The notes: generated from the letters alone by a model not told the origin. Numbered from the stretch's first letter, positions 1 through 8,454 are shown. The stretch: 43,223 nucleotides of DNA from an uncultured Dehalococcoidales bacterium (GCA_964448985.1 CAYVBI010000002.1:1-43223); one strand, 5' to 3'. Program-made: numbers and translations.

Positions 1-257
1 CTGCGCAGGCGGAAGCCGAGAGGGGCAGGCGGGCCAAGATCATCGCCGCCGAGGGTGAGGCGCAGGCGGCAGAGAAGCTGGCTGAAGCTGCCCGAATAAT
101 CTCGAAAGAGCCGATGGCCCTGCAACTGCGCTACCTGCAGACGCTGGTGGCCATATCTTCAGAACGTACTAATACCGTGGTATTCCCCATGCCCATCGAT
201 CTCATTCAGCCCATGCTGCAGAAGCCGGGCGGCGATCAGAAGAAGCTAAACGCCTGA
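1..257 (+). CDS. SPFH/band-7 (stomatin-like) protein, C-terminal fragment; 5' end lies outside the window
   Basis: Frame 3 is open from the window edge to TGA at 255-257. The translation ...[58 protein letters not shown] has the conserved C-terminal helix and LQLRYLQTL motif of stomatin/prohibitin-type SPFH proteins. Confidence 0.75.
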   Translation, partial: AQAEAERGRRAKIIAAEGEAQAAEKLAEAARIISKEPMALQLRYLQTLVAISSERTNTVVFPMPIDLIQPMLQKPGGDQKKLNA

Positions 258-279
258 CAAGGATTTTAGATTATGAAAT

Positions 280-303
280 AAGGGCGGCTATATAGCCGCC
301 CTT
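280..303. terminator. Bidirectional intrinsic terminator hairpin between the convergent SPFH gene and birA
   Basis: Perfect palindrome GGGCGGCTATATAGCCGCCC at 282-301. It is flanked by A-rich sequence on the left and T-rich sequence on the right (aaGGGCGGCTATATAGCCGCCCttatt), so it can terminate both strands. Confidence 0.7.
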
Positions 304-307
304 ATTA

Positions 308-1084
308 TTAACTGCTGCCCTGGATGAGTGATACATCGCCCGCCACGATCTCCTGAGTAGATCCGTCATCCAGGCGCAATATCAGGTGGCCTGATCCGTT
401 GATGCTTTCGGCTGTACCTACGATTGTGTTGTTGCCCGACTGAACCTTCACGTGCCTGCCGATAGTTATCATGTTGGCTGCCCATTCACTGAGTATTAAG
501 TCCGGTTTATTAGAACGCAGGTAGAGCGCCTCCAGTTCGGTGTACAGGCGCAATGCCACCTGGCCCACCGGCAGTTCATGACCCAACTCAACCGAGAGGC
601 TGGTTGCGAAACCGGCTATCTCAGGATACAGGCCGGTGTCGAAATTTATGTTGATACCAATTCCTATAACGCTGTAGCTGACAACACCGTTGACCAGTGT
701 ATGTTCTATTAGAATGCCGCAAACCTTGCGGCCACCGATCAGGATATCGTTCGGCCATTTGATGCCGGCCTCGATTCCTGTTGCTTTAATCGTGCGGAAA
801 ACCGCCAGCGCAGATATGGCCGGCAGGAGAGGAAGCACTGACATGGTAGGGCGAAGTATTATCGATGTGGCAAGCCCACCCTCCGGAGATAGCCAGGATC
901 TGCCCAGCCTGCCGCGGCCCGACTGCTGCTTACCGGCTATGACGGCGGTGCCCTCCGGGGCTCCCCGGTCGGCCATGTCTTTGGCCACATCCTGTGTCGA
1001 AGATGTGATCGCCAGGTAATGCAACTTTCTACCGACGAAGCCGGTAGTTAAATTGTTTTCCAAATAATCGAGGATGTCATGCAT
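308..1084 (-). CDS. birA: Biotin--[acetyl-CoA-carboxylase] ligase, class I (no N-terminal HTH)
   Basis: 258-aa ORF with the GRGRLGRSW (GRGRxGRxW) biotin-ligase motif and KWPNDILIGGRKVCGILIE. The length fits a catalytic plus C-terminal domain only. Confidence 0.85.
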   Translation of the reverse strand: MHDILDYLENNLTTGFVGRKLHYLAITSSTQDVAKDMADRGAPEGTAVIAGKQQSGRGRLGRSWLSPEGGLATSIILRPTMSVLPLLPAISALAVFRTIKATGIEAGIKWPNDILIGGRKVCGILIEHTLVNGVVSYSVIGIGININFDTGLYPEIAGFATSLSVELGHELPVGQVALRLYTELEALYLRSNKPDLILSEWAANMITIGRHVKVQSGNNTIVGTAESINGSGHLILRLDDGSTQEIVAGDVSLIQGSS

Positions 1085-1229
1085 GATATAGCCATATTAA
1101 TATATCAAAGAGGTTGAACCATGTATAATTAATGAGCAGATTCAAGCTGAGAAAGTATAGTATCGCAGGAATTGAATCAGGGGAGGCAACGATATCGAGG
1201 AGCTGACAGAACAGATAGCCGAGCTTATT

Positions 1230-1961
1230 GTGAATTCGCAGCGGTGCGTTGTTTTCAGCGGGGCAGGAATCAGCACCGAGTCCGGCATACCGGACTTTCG
1301 GGGTGAGGATGGTATATGGACAAAGATGGACCCTGAGGATTTCACCATCCAGAGGTTCGTCGCCCGTCCTGAAGTTAGAAAGTCGCAGTGGAAGCTCCTG
1401 GCTGAAGGTGGATTGATCAAAGACGTGCAACCGAACGCTGCTCATTACGCTGTAGCAGAGATAGATAAGCTGGGCAGGCTGGACTGCGTGGTAACGCAAA
1501 ATATCGATAACCTCCATCAGATAGCCGGCGTGCCTGATGAGAAGGTCTTTGAGCTGCACGGCAATATGCAGTATGTTCGTTGCCTGGGCTGCCGCAGGCG
1601 ATATCCGATGGCCGAGATAATCTCGCGCCTTGCCAGCGAGGAGTTGCCGGAGTGCGAGGCCTGTAAGGGCATACTCAAACCTGACGCCGTATATTTCGGT
1701 GAAATGTTGCCGCAGGCCGTCCTTAGCGAGGCTTCCCGCCGGGCAAATCTGTGCGACCTATGCATCGTAATAGGTTCCACCCTGATCGTATACCCTGCGG
1801 CTTATATTCCTGAATATGCATATAATGCAGGGGCCAAGATCGTTATCATCAATATTGGCGCGACACCCATGGATTCCAGGGCGGCAATACGAATCGAGGG
1901 CAAGGCTGGCGAAGTCATGGGCAAGGTTATGCAGTATGTCAGGACTAAAATCCATCAATAA
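1230..1961 (+). CDS. cobB: NAD-dependent protein deacylase, Sir2 family
   Basis: Motifs GAGISTESGIPDFRG, QNIDNLH and ELHGN, plus a CLGC...CEAC zinc ribbon. 1230 is the first canonical start (GTG), but the frame is open and looks coding from 1176 (see finding). Confidence 0.85.
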   Translation: MNSQRCVVFSGAGISTESGIPDFRGEDGIWTKMDPEDFTIQRFVARPEVRKSQWKLLAEGGLIKDVQPNAAHYAVAEIDKLGRLDCVVTQNIDNLHQIAGVPDEKVFELHGNMQYVRCLGCRRRYPMAEIISRLASEELPECEACKGILKPDAVYFGEMLPQAVLSEASRRANLCDLCIVIGSTLIVYPAAYIPEYAYNAGAKIVIINIGATPMDSRAAIRIEGKAGEVMGKVMQYVRTKIHQ

Positions 1962-1966
1962 GTATA

Positions 1967-1995
1967 TTGACAAGCCAGTAATACAATGTTAGATT
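1967..1995 (+). promoter_or_regulatory. Sigma-70-like promoter for the lipoprotein gene pair
   Basis: TTGACA (1967-1972), a 17-nt spacer, then TAGATT (1990-1995). The predicted TSS near 2002 lies downstream of ATG 1986 and upstream of the SD at 2016-2020 and TTG 2028. Confidence 0.45.
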
Positions 1996-2027
1996 GTGGG
2001 AAATACCACAAGCGCGGAGGTGTCAAT

Positions 2028-3209
2028 TTGAGAAAGACGGCTATAGCTATAATGATGTTGGCCGTACTTGTTACGGGATGTGTGAGGCCCGTTGTGGATA
2101 CCAAATTGGCTCCTCTCGCCTACATCGACTCAGTATCCTCCCCACAGACCTACACCGGTGAGAATGTCAAATTCTCGGGGCATGCGATCTCTTCGACCGG
2201 CCAGATTGTAGGTTACAACTGGCGGTCCAGCATCAACGGGAATTTAAGCCAGCTTGCAACCTTTGAGACCGATTCGCTGTCAGCAGGCCAGCATACGATC
2301 TGGTTCAAAGCGCAGGACAGTTACGGCAACTGGTCCAATGAGGTCGGTACGAATGTCACCGTGCTTATACCCGGGGGCCCGGAAAAGATGTCAATAAGGG
2401 TGTTTACGGCTACCCCACCCGAAATCAATGAAGGGGAATGGTCCACACTGACATGGGACGTAAGCGGGTTCGGCACTGTGCGCATAGACCCTGATATCGG
2501 TGGCGTGTCCATGTCGGGCAGCCGATCGGTTCAGCCAAAGAAGGATACCGTTTATACCATCTATGCCAGGAATGATGAGGGGACTATGACAGCCAACACC
2601 AGGATAATTGTAACCCCCTTGCATGTATATACGACCACTTTATATTCTGTCTCAGCCGAGGATGGCACGGTCAGAAAGGACGATGTCATCCTGGACGGAG
2701 TCATGGTTGGACAGAACGACTTGCAGATACCGATGCAGGGCTTTCTGAGTTTCGATATATCTTCCATCCCGCAAGATGCCATTATAAAGGGTGTAGACCT
2801 GGATATTTCGAAATCCGTGGTGATCAATTCACCATTTCCCTGGCAGGGCTCGCTCAACATTTATAACCAGCAATATGGCAACTATTTGAGACCAAACGAC
2901 TATATGATTATAGTTCCCGCCGGCTACCTGTTTAGCTGGAACTACAATTTCGTGGCCAGCCAGATGCCGAGCACACCCTTCACCTCACCGAATTTTGTCA
3001 TCACACTACAGAAGCAACTCGATGCAGGCAGCGATCGCTATCAGATACGCCTGCAGTTCGAAAAATACTATTATTACAGTCGTGCTGACTATACCAACCA
3101 ACCGAATTGGGGTCAGTCGACAGTTCAAAGCGGTCAAAGCAGTGCCAATTACCTTGATATCAGCTCCGGCAACGCTAAACTGATTGTCCGCTACGTGATT
3201 CCAGAGTAA
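2028..3209 (+). CDS. Secreted lipoprotein of unknown function: PKD-like domain, Ig-like domain and a beta-sandwich C-terminal domain
   Basis: GGAGG at 2016-2020 sits 7 nt before TTG 2028 (the ORF is open from ATG 1986). The N-terminus (M)RKTAIAIMMLAVLVTGC is a classical lipoprotein signal with a VTGC lipobox. It is a paralog of the next gene. Confidence 0.7.
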   Translation: MRKTAIAIMMLAVLVTGCVRPVVDTKLAPLAYIDSVSSPQTYTGENVKFSGHAISSTGQIVGYNWRSSINGNLSQLATFETDSLSAGQHTIWFKAQDSYGNWSNEVGTNVTVLIPGGPEKMSIRVFTATPPEINEGEWSTLTWDVSGFGTVRIDPDIGGVSMSGSRSVQPKKDTVYTIYARNDEGTMTANTRIIVTPLHVYTTTLYSVSAEDGTVRKDDVILDGVMVGQNDLQIPMQGFLSFDISSIPQDAIIKGVDLDISKSVVINSPFPWQGSLNIYNQQYGNYLRPNDYMIIVPAGYLFSWNYNFVASQMPSTPFTSPNFVITLQKQLDAGSDRYQIRLQFEKYYYYSRADYTNQPNWGQSTVQSGQSSANYLDISSGNAKLIVRYVIPE

Positions 3210-3252
3210 AGCCGAATCGATAGCGGCGGCTAAACGTTAACGTAGCTTTTTC

Positions 3253-3277
3253 GTTATCCTTTTGTGACAAAGATAAC
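3253..3277. repeat. Imperfect inverted repeat GTTATCcTTTtG-tga-CAAAGATAAC between the two lipoprotein genes
   Basis: GTTATC (3253-3258) pairs with GATAAC (3272-3277), and an inner TTT pairs with AAA. It is centred 34 nt upstream of ATG 3299 and has no following T-tract. Confidence 0.3.
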
Positions 3278-3298
3278 ACTTCTCCGGGAGGACACTTC

Positions 3299-4207
3299 AT
3301 GAAAAAACTTCTGATAACGCTTTTGTTAGTCATTGTCTTTATGTCAGGATGCTTATATCTGCCCGTTACTTTCCCTCAGATGACATCTGAGGGGGGTAAA
3401 CCTGTTGTGGCAACCTTTGCGGTTAATCCCGCCATAGTGGACGAGGGTCAGAGCACTGTACTGAACTGGGTTGTGACAGGAGCCCAGACAGTCAGCATAG
3501 ATAATGGGATCGGCCCTGTGCCCTTGAGCGGCACCAGATCCGTCATGCCATATGGAACTACGACTTATAACCTGACGGCGCTGAATTCAGCCGGGAGTAG
3601 TATGGCGGCTGCGACAGTGGCAGTTGTGGGTAGACCTCAGATACAGCAGGGTGATGAGGGTATCGCTGTATTGAACGTAGTACTGAATGAGAGCGGATCG
3701 CTGACCAAAAGCGGTGCGAATTATGCCCGCTCAGGTGTTGTCTGCGCGGGCGATAATCCCCAGAATCAGGCCGTCCGAGCATTTCTAAGCTTTGATCTGA
3801 CTACACTGCCACCCACTGCGATAATCAGCGAAGCCGTACTTGACCTTACGGGATACTCCGTCGTGGGGAATCCTGCTTATAGTAGCGCCAACTGGGGCAA
3901 CATGGGTGCTCTGGAGATATGTCAGTATCAGTACGGTTCAATGGGAAGCCTGGGTAGATTAGCCTACGAGGCCCCGGCGCCTGCAGTGGGAAGCCTGAAA
4001 CTGATGGATTTGCAAAACACAGTCCCTCTGCTGGTAGATGTGACCCTGGATGACCGGGGGGATAACATAATACAGAAGCTGCTTTCCAACGCCCAGGGAA
4101 GGGGTCAGTTCAGGCTGGGTTTCTTTACCTCGACTAACTGGGATAGCGTGGCCGACATGATCTGCCTGGACAGTGCTGTATTAAAGATCAAATACAGGGT
4201 ACCCTGA
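3299..4207 (+). CDS. Secreted lipoprotein of unknown function: Ig-like domain plus beta-sandwich C-terminal domain; a shorter paralog of 2028-3209
   Basis: GGAGG at 3287-3291 sits 7 nt before the ATG. MKKLLITLLLVIVFMSGC is a signal peptide with a lipobox. It shares the F.A.P..I.EG..T.L.W.V.G...V.ID..IG.V..SG.RSV.P and (A/G)FLSFD(I/L)..(I/L)P..AII motifs with the upstream gene. Confidence 0.75.
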   Translation: MKKLLITLLLVIVFMSGCLYLPVTFPQMTSEGGKPVVATFAVNPAIVDEGQSTVLNWVVTGAQTVSIDNGIGPVPLSGTRSVMPYGTTTYNLTALNSAGSSMAAATVAVVGRPQIQQGDEGIAVLNVVLNESGSLTKSGANYARSGVVCAGDNPQNQAVRAFLSFDLTTLPPTAIISEAVLDLTGYSVVGNPAYSSANWGNMGALEICQYQYGSMGSLGRLAYEAPAPAVGSLKLMDLQNTVPLLVDVTLDDRGDNIIQKLLSNAQGRGQFRLGFFTSTNWDSVADMICLDSAVLKIKYRVP

Positions 4208-4210
4208 ACC

Positions 4211-4468
4211 TCAGGTGGACCTGATCTCCTCCAGATCAAAACGGAAGTTCTCGATAACAGGATTGGCCAGCAGCTTTTTGCACATGTCCTGTAATTCAGC
4301 CTGCGCTTTTTCCAGATTGTTAGCTGAAATTTTTATCTCGATGTATTTGCCGGCCCTGACCTCCTCCACGTTGTTGAAACCCAGAGTATGAAGAGCGCCC
4401 TTGATGGTCAGCCCCTGCGGATCGTTCACGGTTGGCTTGAGCGTTATGTAGACTTTAGATAAATACAT
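4211..4468 (-). CDS. purS: Phosphoribosylformylglycinamidine synthase subunit PurS
   Basis: 85-aa ORF. The VYITLKPTVNDPQGLTIKGALHTLGF pattern is typical of PurS. It overlaps the purC end by 14 nt. Confidence 0.85.
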   Translation of the reverse strand: MYLSKVYITLKPTVNDPQGLTIKGALHTLGFNNVEEVRAGKYIEIKISANNLEKAQAELQDMCKKLLANPVIENFRFDLEEIRST

Positions 4469-5366
4469 TTTTAAATTTCCTCCCGGTCAGCAGTGAATAG
4501 GCATCGCGATAACGCTCAGTCGTCGCTTCAATAACATCTGCCGGCAGCGCCGGCACGGGCGTTTTCTGATTCCAACGCGAGGCAATCAACCAATCTCTGA
4601 CCGGCTGCTTATCGAAGCTTGGCTGAGATTGTCCCGGCTCATACTGGCTGGCATCCCAGAAACGGCTTGAATCAGGTGTAAAAGCCTCATCAATCAGCAT
4701 GAGTTCCTTATCGTGGAAACCGAATTCGAATTTAGTATCGGCTATGATGATGCCTCGCTCGCTGGCATGTGAGCGTGCGAAATTGTAAAGCTCCAGGCTT
4801 TTAGCTTCGATCTTGCGGGCCGTCCTCTCTCCCACCAGATCAATCAACTCCCCGGGAGTCAGGGGCAGGTCATGGCCGATTGCCGCCTTGGTAGTAGGCG
4901 TAAAAATAGGCTCGGGCAGTTCCTGGCTTTCTATCAGGCCTTTAGGCGCCTTTCGCCCGTTGATTGTTCCCTTTTTCTTGTATTCCGCCCAGGCCGAACC
5001 TGCAATATATCCTCTGACAACGCACTCTACCGGCACACGCTCCGCCTTCAGGACAACCATCGAGCGGCCGAGCAGCAGTTCGGGCAACGGTCTTTTCCAG
5101 GGGGAGTATTTCGACAGCGCCCTCCGGCTTTCAATCGATTCAACCATGTGGTTATGTATAATATGATAGGTTTTTCCGAACCAGAAAGCCGATACCTGGT
5201 TAAGCACTATCCCCTTGTCAGGTATGCCTCTGGGAAGCACCACATCGAAGGCAGAGATCCGGTCGGTCGCTACTATCAGGAGTTTATTCCCTACTTGATA
5301 GGTATCCCGGACCTTGCCTTTTCCGAATAATGGTAGTTTCAGTGAGCTGTCGAATATAATGTCCAA
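4455..5366 (-). CDS. purC: Phosphoribosylaminoimidazole-succinocarboxamide (SAICAR) synthase
   Basis: 303 aa with a TTG start. Motifs GKVRDTY and IIADTKFEFG; long-form PurC. Confidence 0.9.
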   Translation of the reverse strand: MDIIFDSSLKLPLFGKGKVRDTYQVGNKLLIVATDRISAFDVVLPRGIPDKGIVLNQVSAFWFGKTYHIIHNHMVESIESRRALSKYSPWKRPLPELLLGRSMVVLKAERVPVECVVRGYIAGSAWAEYKKKGTINGRKAPKGLIESQELPEPIFTPTTKAAIGHDLPLTPGELIDLVGERTARKIEAKSLELYNFARSHASERGIIIADTKFEFGFHDKELMLIDEAFTPDSSRFWDASQYEPGQSQPSFDKQPVRDWLIASRWNQKTPVPALPADVIEATTERYRDAYSLLTGRKFKNVFI

Positions 5367-5376
5367 GTCGTAACTC

Positions 5377-6699
5377 CTATCTCTTAATCTGTGATTTACG
5401 CGTTTTCTTAATCAAACCCAAACGCTCAAAGACCGCATCAACATGCTTGAGGAAGCGCCGGTAATCAAATAAAGTATCCATTTCCTTTGCATTTAAGTGG
5501 CTGGAAACATCGGGGTCTGATTTGAGCAGTTTCAGGAAGGGGGTCCTGGTTCTCCATGCTTCCATTGCATTGCGCTGTGTGAGTTCATATGCCTTCTGAC
5601 GACTGAGCCCTTTGCTCACCAGCGCAAGCATGACATTCTGTGAGAATATCAGGCCCTGAGTTATCTCGAGGTTGCGCTTCATATTATCCGGGTATACTTG
5701 CAGGCCCTTCATAACGCCGGTGAACAAGCTTAAGATATAATCGAGGACAAGACAGGCGTCCGGCAGAATCACACGCTCGTTGGATGAATGGCTGATATCA
5801 CGTTCGTGCCAGAGCGCCATATTCTCCAGTGCGGTTACGGAATAGCCCCTGATCAAACGTGATAGTCCGCAAACTCTCTCGCAAAGCTCGGGATTACGCT
5901 TATGAGGCATGGCGGATGAACCTGTCTGTCCTTTCGAAAAAGGTTCCTCCGCCTCCAGAATCTCAGTCCTCTGCAGTGCCCTGATCTCGGTGGCAAATTT
6001 TTCAAGCGAGCTTGCCGCGATGGCAAGCGTGGTTATAAGCTGGGCGTGACGGTCTCGCTGGATCACCTGGTTCGAGATAGGGGCGCAGGCCAGCCCAAGA
6101 GAGGCACACGCTTTGGCCTCGATATCCGGTGATACAGTGGCATATGTACCTACCGCCCCGGATATCTTGCCTACGCTGATACCTTTCTTCGCTTCTTCCA
6201 GCCTGGCATAATTGCGTTTCATCTCCTGCGCCCATAAGGCCAGCTTCAGCCCGAATGTTATGGGCTCGGCATGTACTCCGTGCGTACGCCCTATCATGAT
6301 GGTGTCCTTGTTGGAAATGGCCCTGTCCTCAAGCACCGCGGTCAATATCGCCATATCCTCTAAAAGCAGGTCAGCGGCCTCGCGAATTTGCAGGGCCTGT
6401 GCCGTATCTATAATATCTGATGAAGTCAGGCCGAGATGAATATAACGTGAATCCTCCCCCACTGTTTCGCCTACGGCATTCAGGAAGGCCGTTACGTCAT
6501 GATGTGTGACCTTGAGTATCTCTCCCATGCGATCAAAATCAACGCTGGCCTTCCTGATGTTTTGTAAAGCTGATCGGGGTATGCGTCCGGCGTCGGCCCA
6601 GGCTTCGCATACGGCAATTTCAACCTGCAGCCATTTATCGAACTTGTTTTTGTCCGACCATATTTTTTTCATTTTTGGGCGCGAATAGCGTTCAATCAT
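5377..6699 (-). CDS. purB: Adenylosuccinate lyase
   Basis: 440 aa. Fumarate-lyase signature GSSAMPHKRNP and a typical PurB N-terminus MIERYSRPKMKKIW. Confidence 0.92.
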   Translation of the reverse strand: MIERYSRPKMKKIWSDKNKFDKWLQVEIAVCEAWADAGRIPRSALQNIRKASVDFDRMGEILKVTHHDVTAFLNAVGETVGEDSRYIHLGLTSSDIIDTAQALQIREAADLLLEDMAILTAVLEDRAISNKDTIMIGRTHGVHAEPITFGLKLALWAQEMKRNYARLEEAKKGISVGKISGAVGTYATVSPDIEAKACASLGLACAPISNQVIQRDRHAQLITTLAIAASSLEKFATEIRALQRTEILEAEEPFSKGQTGSSAMPHKRNPELCERVCGLSRLIRGYSVTALENMALWHERDISHSSNERVILPDACLVLDYILSLFTGVMKGLQVYPDNMKRNLEITQGLIFSQNVMLALVSKGLSRQKAYELTQRNAMEAWRTRTPFLKLLKSDPDVSSHLNAKEMDTLFDYRRFLKHVDAVFERLGLIKKTRKSQIKR

Positions 6700-6710
6700 A
6701 TTTACCTGCC

Positions 6711-7169
6711 TTACGCCTCAGCCAACCTGCGTTTGTATTCTGCAAAGGATCTCTTGATATCTACGAACTTCACACCCAGAACCTGGACGGCCAGCAGCGC
6801 CGCGTTCTTTACCCCTGCCGCGCCTATGCCCGTGCAGGCAACCGGGACTCCTCCAGGCATTTGAACGATGGAATACAGCGAGTCTACACCTTTTAAATCG
6901 CTGGTAGGTAAAGGCACCCCTATAACAGGTAGAGTTGTCCACGAAGCAATGACCCCGGGCAGGTGGGCGGCGCTGCCTGCAGCGGCAATTATAACCTCGT
7001 AGCCTTTCGAGCTTGCTTCAAGGGCATACTGGCGTACCCTGTCCGGCTTACGGTGTGCAGACAATATATCTATAGCGTACTCGATCTTAAACTCCTTAAA
7101 TATTTCGAGGGCAGGCTGAATGAATTCCTCATCCGTCTTGCTCCCTATCACAATGCCAACCAGAGCCAT
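6711..7169 (-). CDS. purE: N5-carboxyaminoimidazole ribonucleotide mutase
   Basis: Motifs GSKTDEEF and AAAGSAAHLPGVIAS. The preferred start is ATG 7169: GGAGG lies 7 nt upstream and there is a TAATG stop/start overlap with purD. The ORF is open to 7211. Confidence 0.88.
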   Translation of the reverse strand: MALVGIVIGSKTDEEFIQPALEIFKEFKIEYAIDILSAHRKPDRVRQYALEASSKGYEVIIAAAGSAAHLPGVIASWTTLPVIGVPLPTSDLKGVDSLYSIVQMPGGVPVACTGIGAAGVKNAALLAVQVLGVKFVDIKRSFAEYKRRLAEA

Positions 7170-8434
7170 TAATTCACCTCCCTCGCCGCAATGTCCCGTC
7201 GGAAGTGGCAAGCCTCAAAATCGATATACGGAATATTGCGGTATACTTTCTCCCTGGCCTCTTTCAGATTGCGACCTTTGGCCGTTACCGTTAAGACCCG
7301 GCCGCCACTGGTAACGACGTTGCCGTCCTCGCGTTTAGTGGCGCCTGCATAGAATATATTGACATCTTTTTCCAACCTGTCAGATATGCTAATTGGGAAA
7401 TCTGTGCGGTAGTTGCCCGGGTATCCGCCCGACGACATGACTACGCCCACGCATGCATCGTTGCTCCAGTCGATATTCACCCGGTCAAGCCGGCCATCCA
7501 GCACAGCCAGCATGATCTCCACCAGGTCAGATTCCAGCTTCGGCAGGATTACCTGTGTTTCCGGATCGCCAAACCGGGCGTTAAACTCGAGCACCTTTGG
7601 TCCCTGCTGCGTGATAATCAGCCCGGTATAGAGCACGCCTTTGTAGGGAGATCCGTCTTTTGCCATGGCGACCACGGTAGGCTGAATGATATTTTTCACT
7701 ACCTGGCGAGTCATTTCTTGATCGAAGAAACCGGGTGGGCTGTAGCTGCCCATTCCTCCGGTATTTGGTCCCTGGTCGCCGTCGAAAACCCTCTTGTAGT
7801 CGCATGCCGGGACCATCGGGATCACATTTTTGCCGTCGCTGAAGGCCAGAAGGCTCACCTCTTTGCCAAGCAGACATTCCTCGATAACTACTGTGTCTCC
7901 GGCCGCTCCGAAAGCCCGGTCTTTCATTATTGAATGGAGAGCACCAAGAGCTTCATCTGCAGTCTGCGCCACTGTTACTCCCTTGCCTGCAGCCAGTCCG
8001 TCAGCCTTAACAACGATGGGCACATCATGAGTTTCAATATATGTTTTGGCCTCGCTATAGCTGGTAAAGGTCCCGCCGGCGGCACAAGGTACGTTGTTTC
8101 TTTGCATTATATCGCGGGCGAAAGCTTTACTTGATTCGAGGCGTGCTGCAGCCCTGGACGGGCCAAAAACAGGTATGCCGGCCTGGTTAAAAAGGTCTGT
8201 GATCCCCGCCGCCAGAGGAGCTTCAGGGCCTACTACAGCCAGTCCGATTCCCAGTTCATGGGCCTTTTTGATTATCGAGGAGATATCGTTTAAGGGTATA
8301 TCCAGATTGCTGGCCAAATTGCCTGTGCCGGCATTTCCCGGGACAGCAAATATGACATCGACCTGGGGGCTCCGGGCAATTTTCCACACGAGAGTATGCT
8401 CGCGTGCCCCGTTGCCGATAACCAGTACCTTCAA
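7169..8434 (-). CDS. purD: Phosphoribosylamine--glycine ligase
   Basis: 421 aa with a TTG start. N-terminus MKVLVIGNGAREH and an ATP-grasp layout typical of PurD. Confidence 0.92.
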   Translation of the reverse strand: MKVLVIGNGAREHTLVWKIARSPQVDVIFAVPGNAGTGNLASNLDIPLNDISSIIKKAHELGIGLAVVGPEAPLAAGITDLFNQAGIPVFGPSRAAARLESSKAFARDIMQRNNVPCAAGGTFTSYSEAKTYIETHDVPIVVKADGLAAGKGVTVAQTADEALGALHSIMKDRAFGAAGDTVVIEECLLGKEVSLLAFSDGKNVIPMVPACDYKRVFDGDQGPNTGGMGSYSPPGFFDQEMTRQVVKNIIQPTVVAMAKDGSPYKGVLYTGLIITQQGPKVLEFNARFGDPETQVILPKLESDLVEIMLAVLDGRLDRVNIDWSNDACVGVVMSSGGYPGNYRTDFPISISDRLEKDVNIFYAGATKREDGNVVTSGGRVLTVTAKGRNLKEAREKVYRNIPYIDFEACHFRRDIAAREVN

Positions 8435-8454
8435 ACCGGAGTCTCCAACGAAAC

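Noticed and set aside
1077-1559. A 160-aa minus-strand ORF across the birA/cobB intergenic region and the cobB 5' half.
   Set aside because: It is antisense to the conserved Sir2 motifs and would overlap the birA start. There is no supporting signal.
3234-3243. The perfect 10-bp palindrome ACGTTAACGT downstream of the first lipoprotein gene.
   Set aside because: Dozens of 5+5 palindromes are expected by chance in 43 kb. The flanks do not extend the symmetry, and no T-tract follows.
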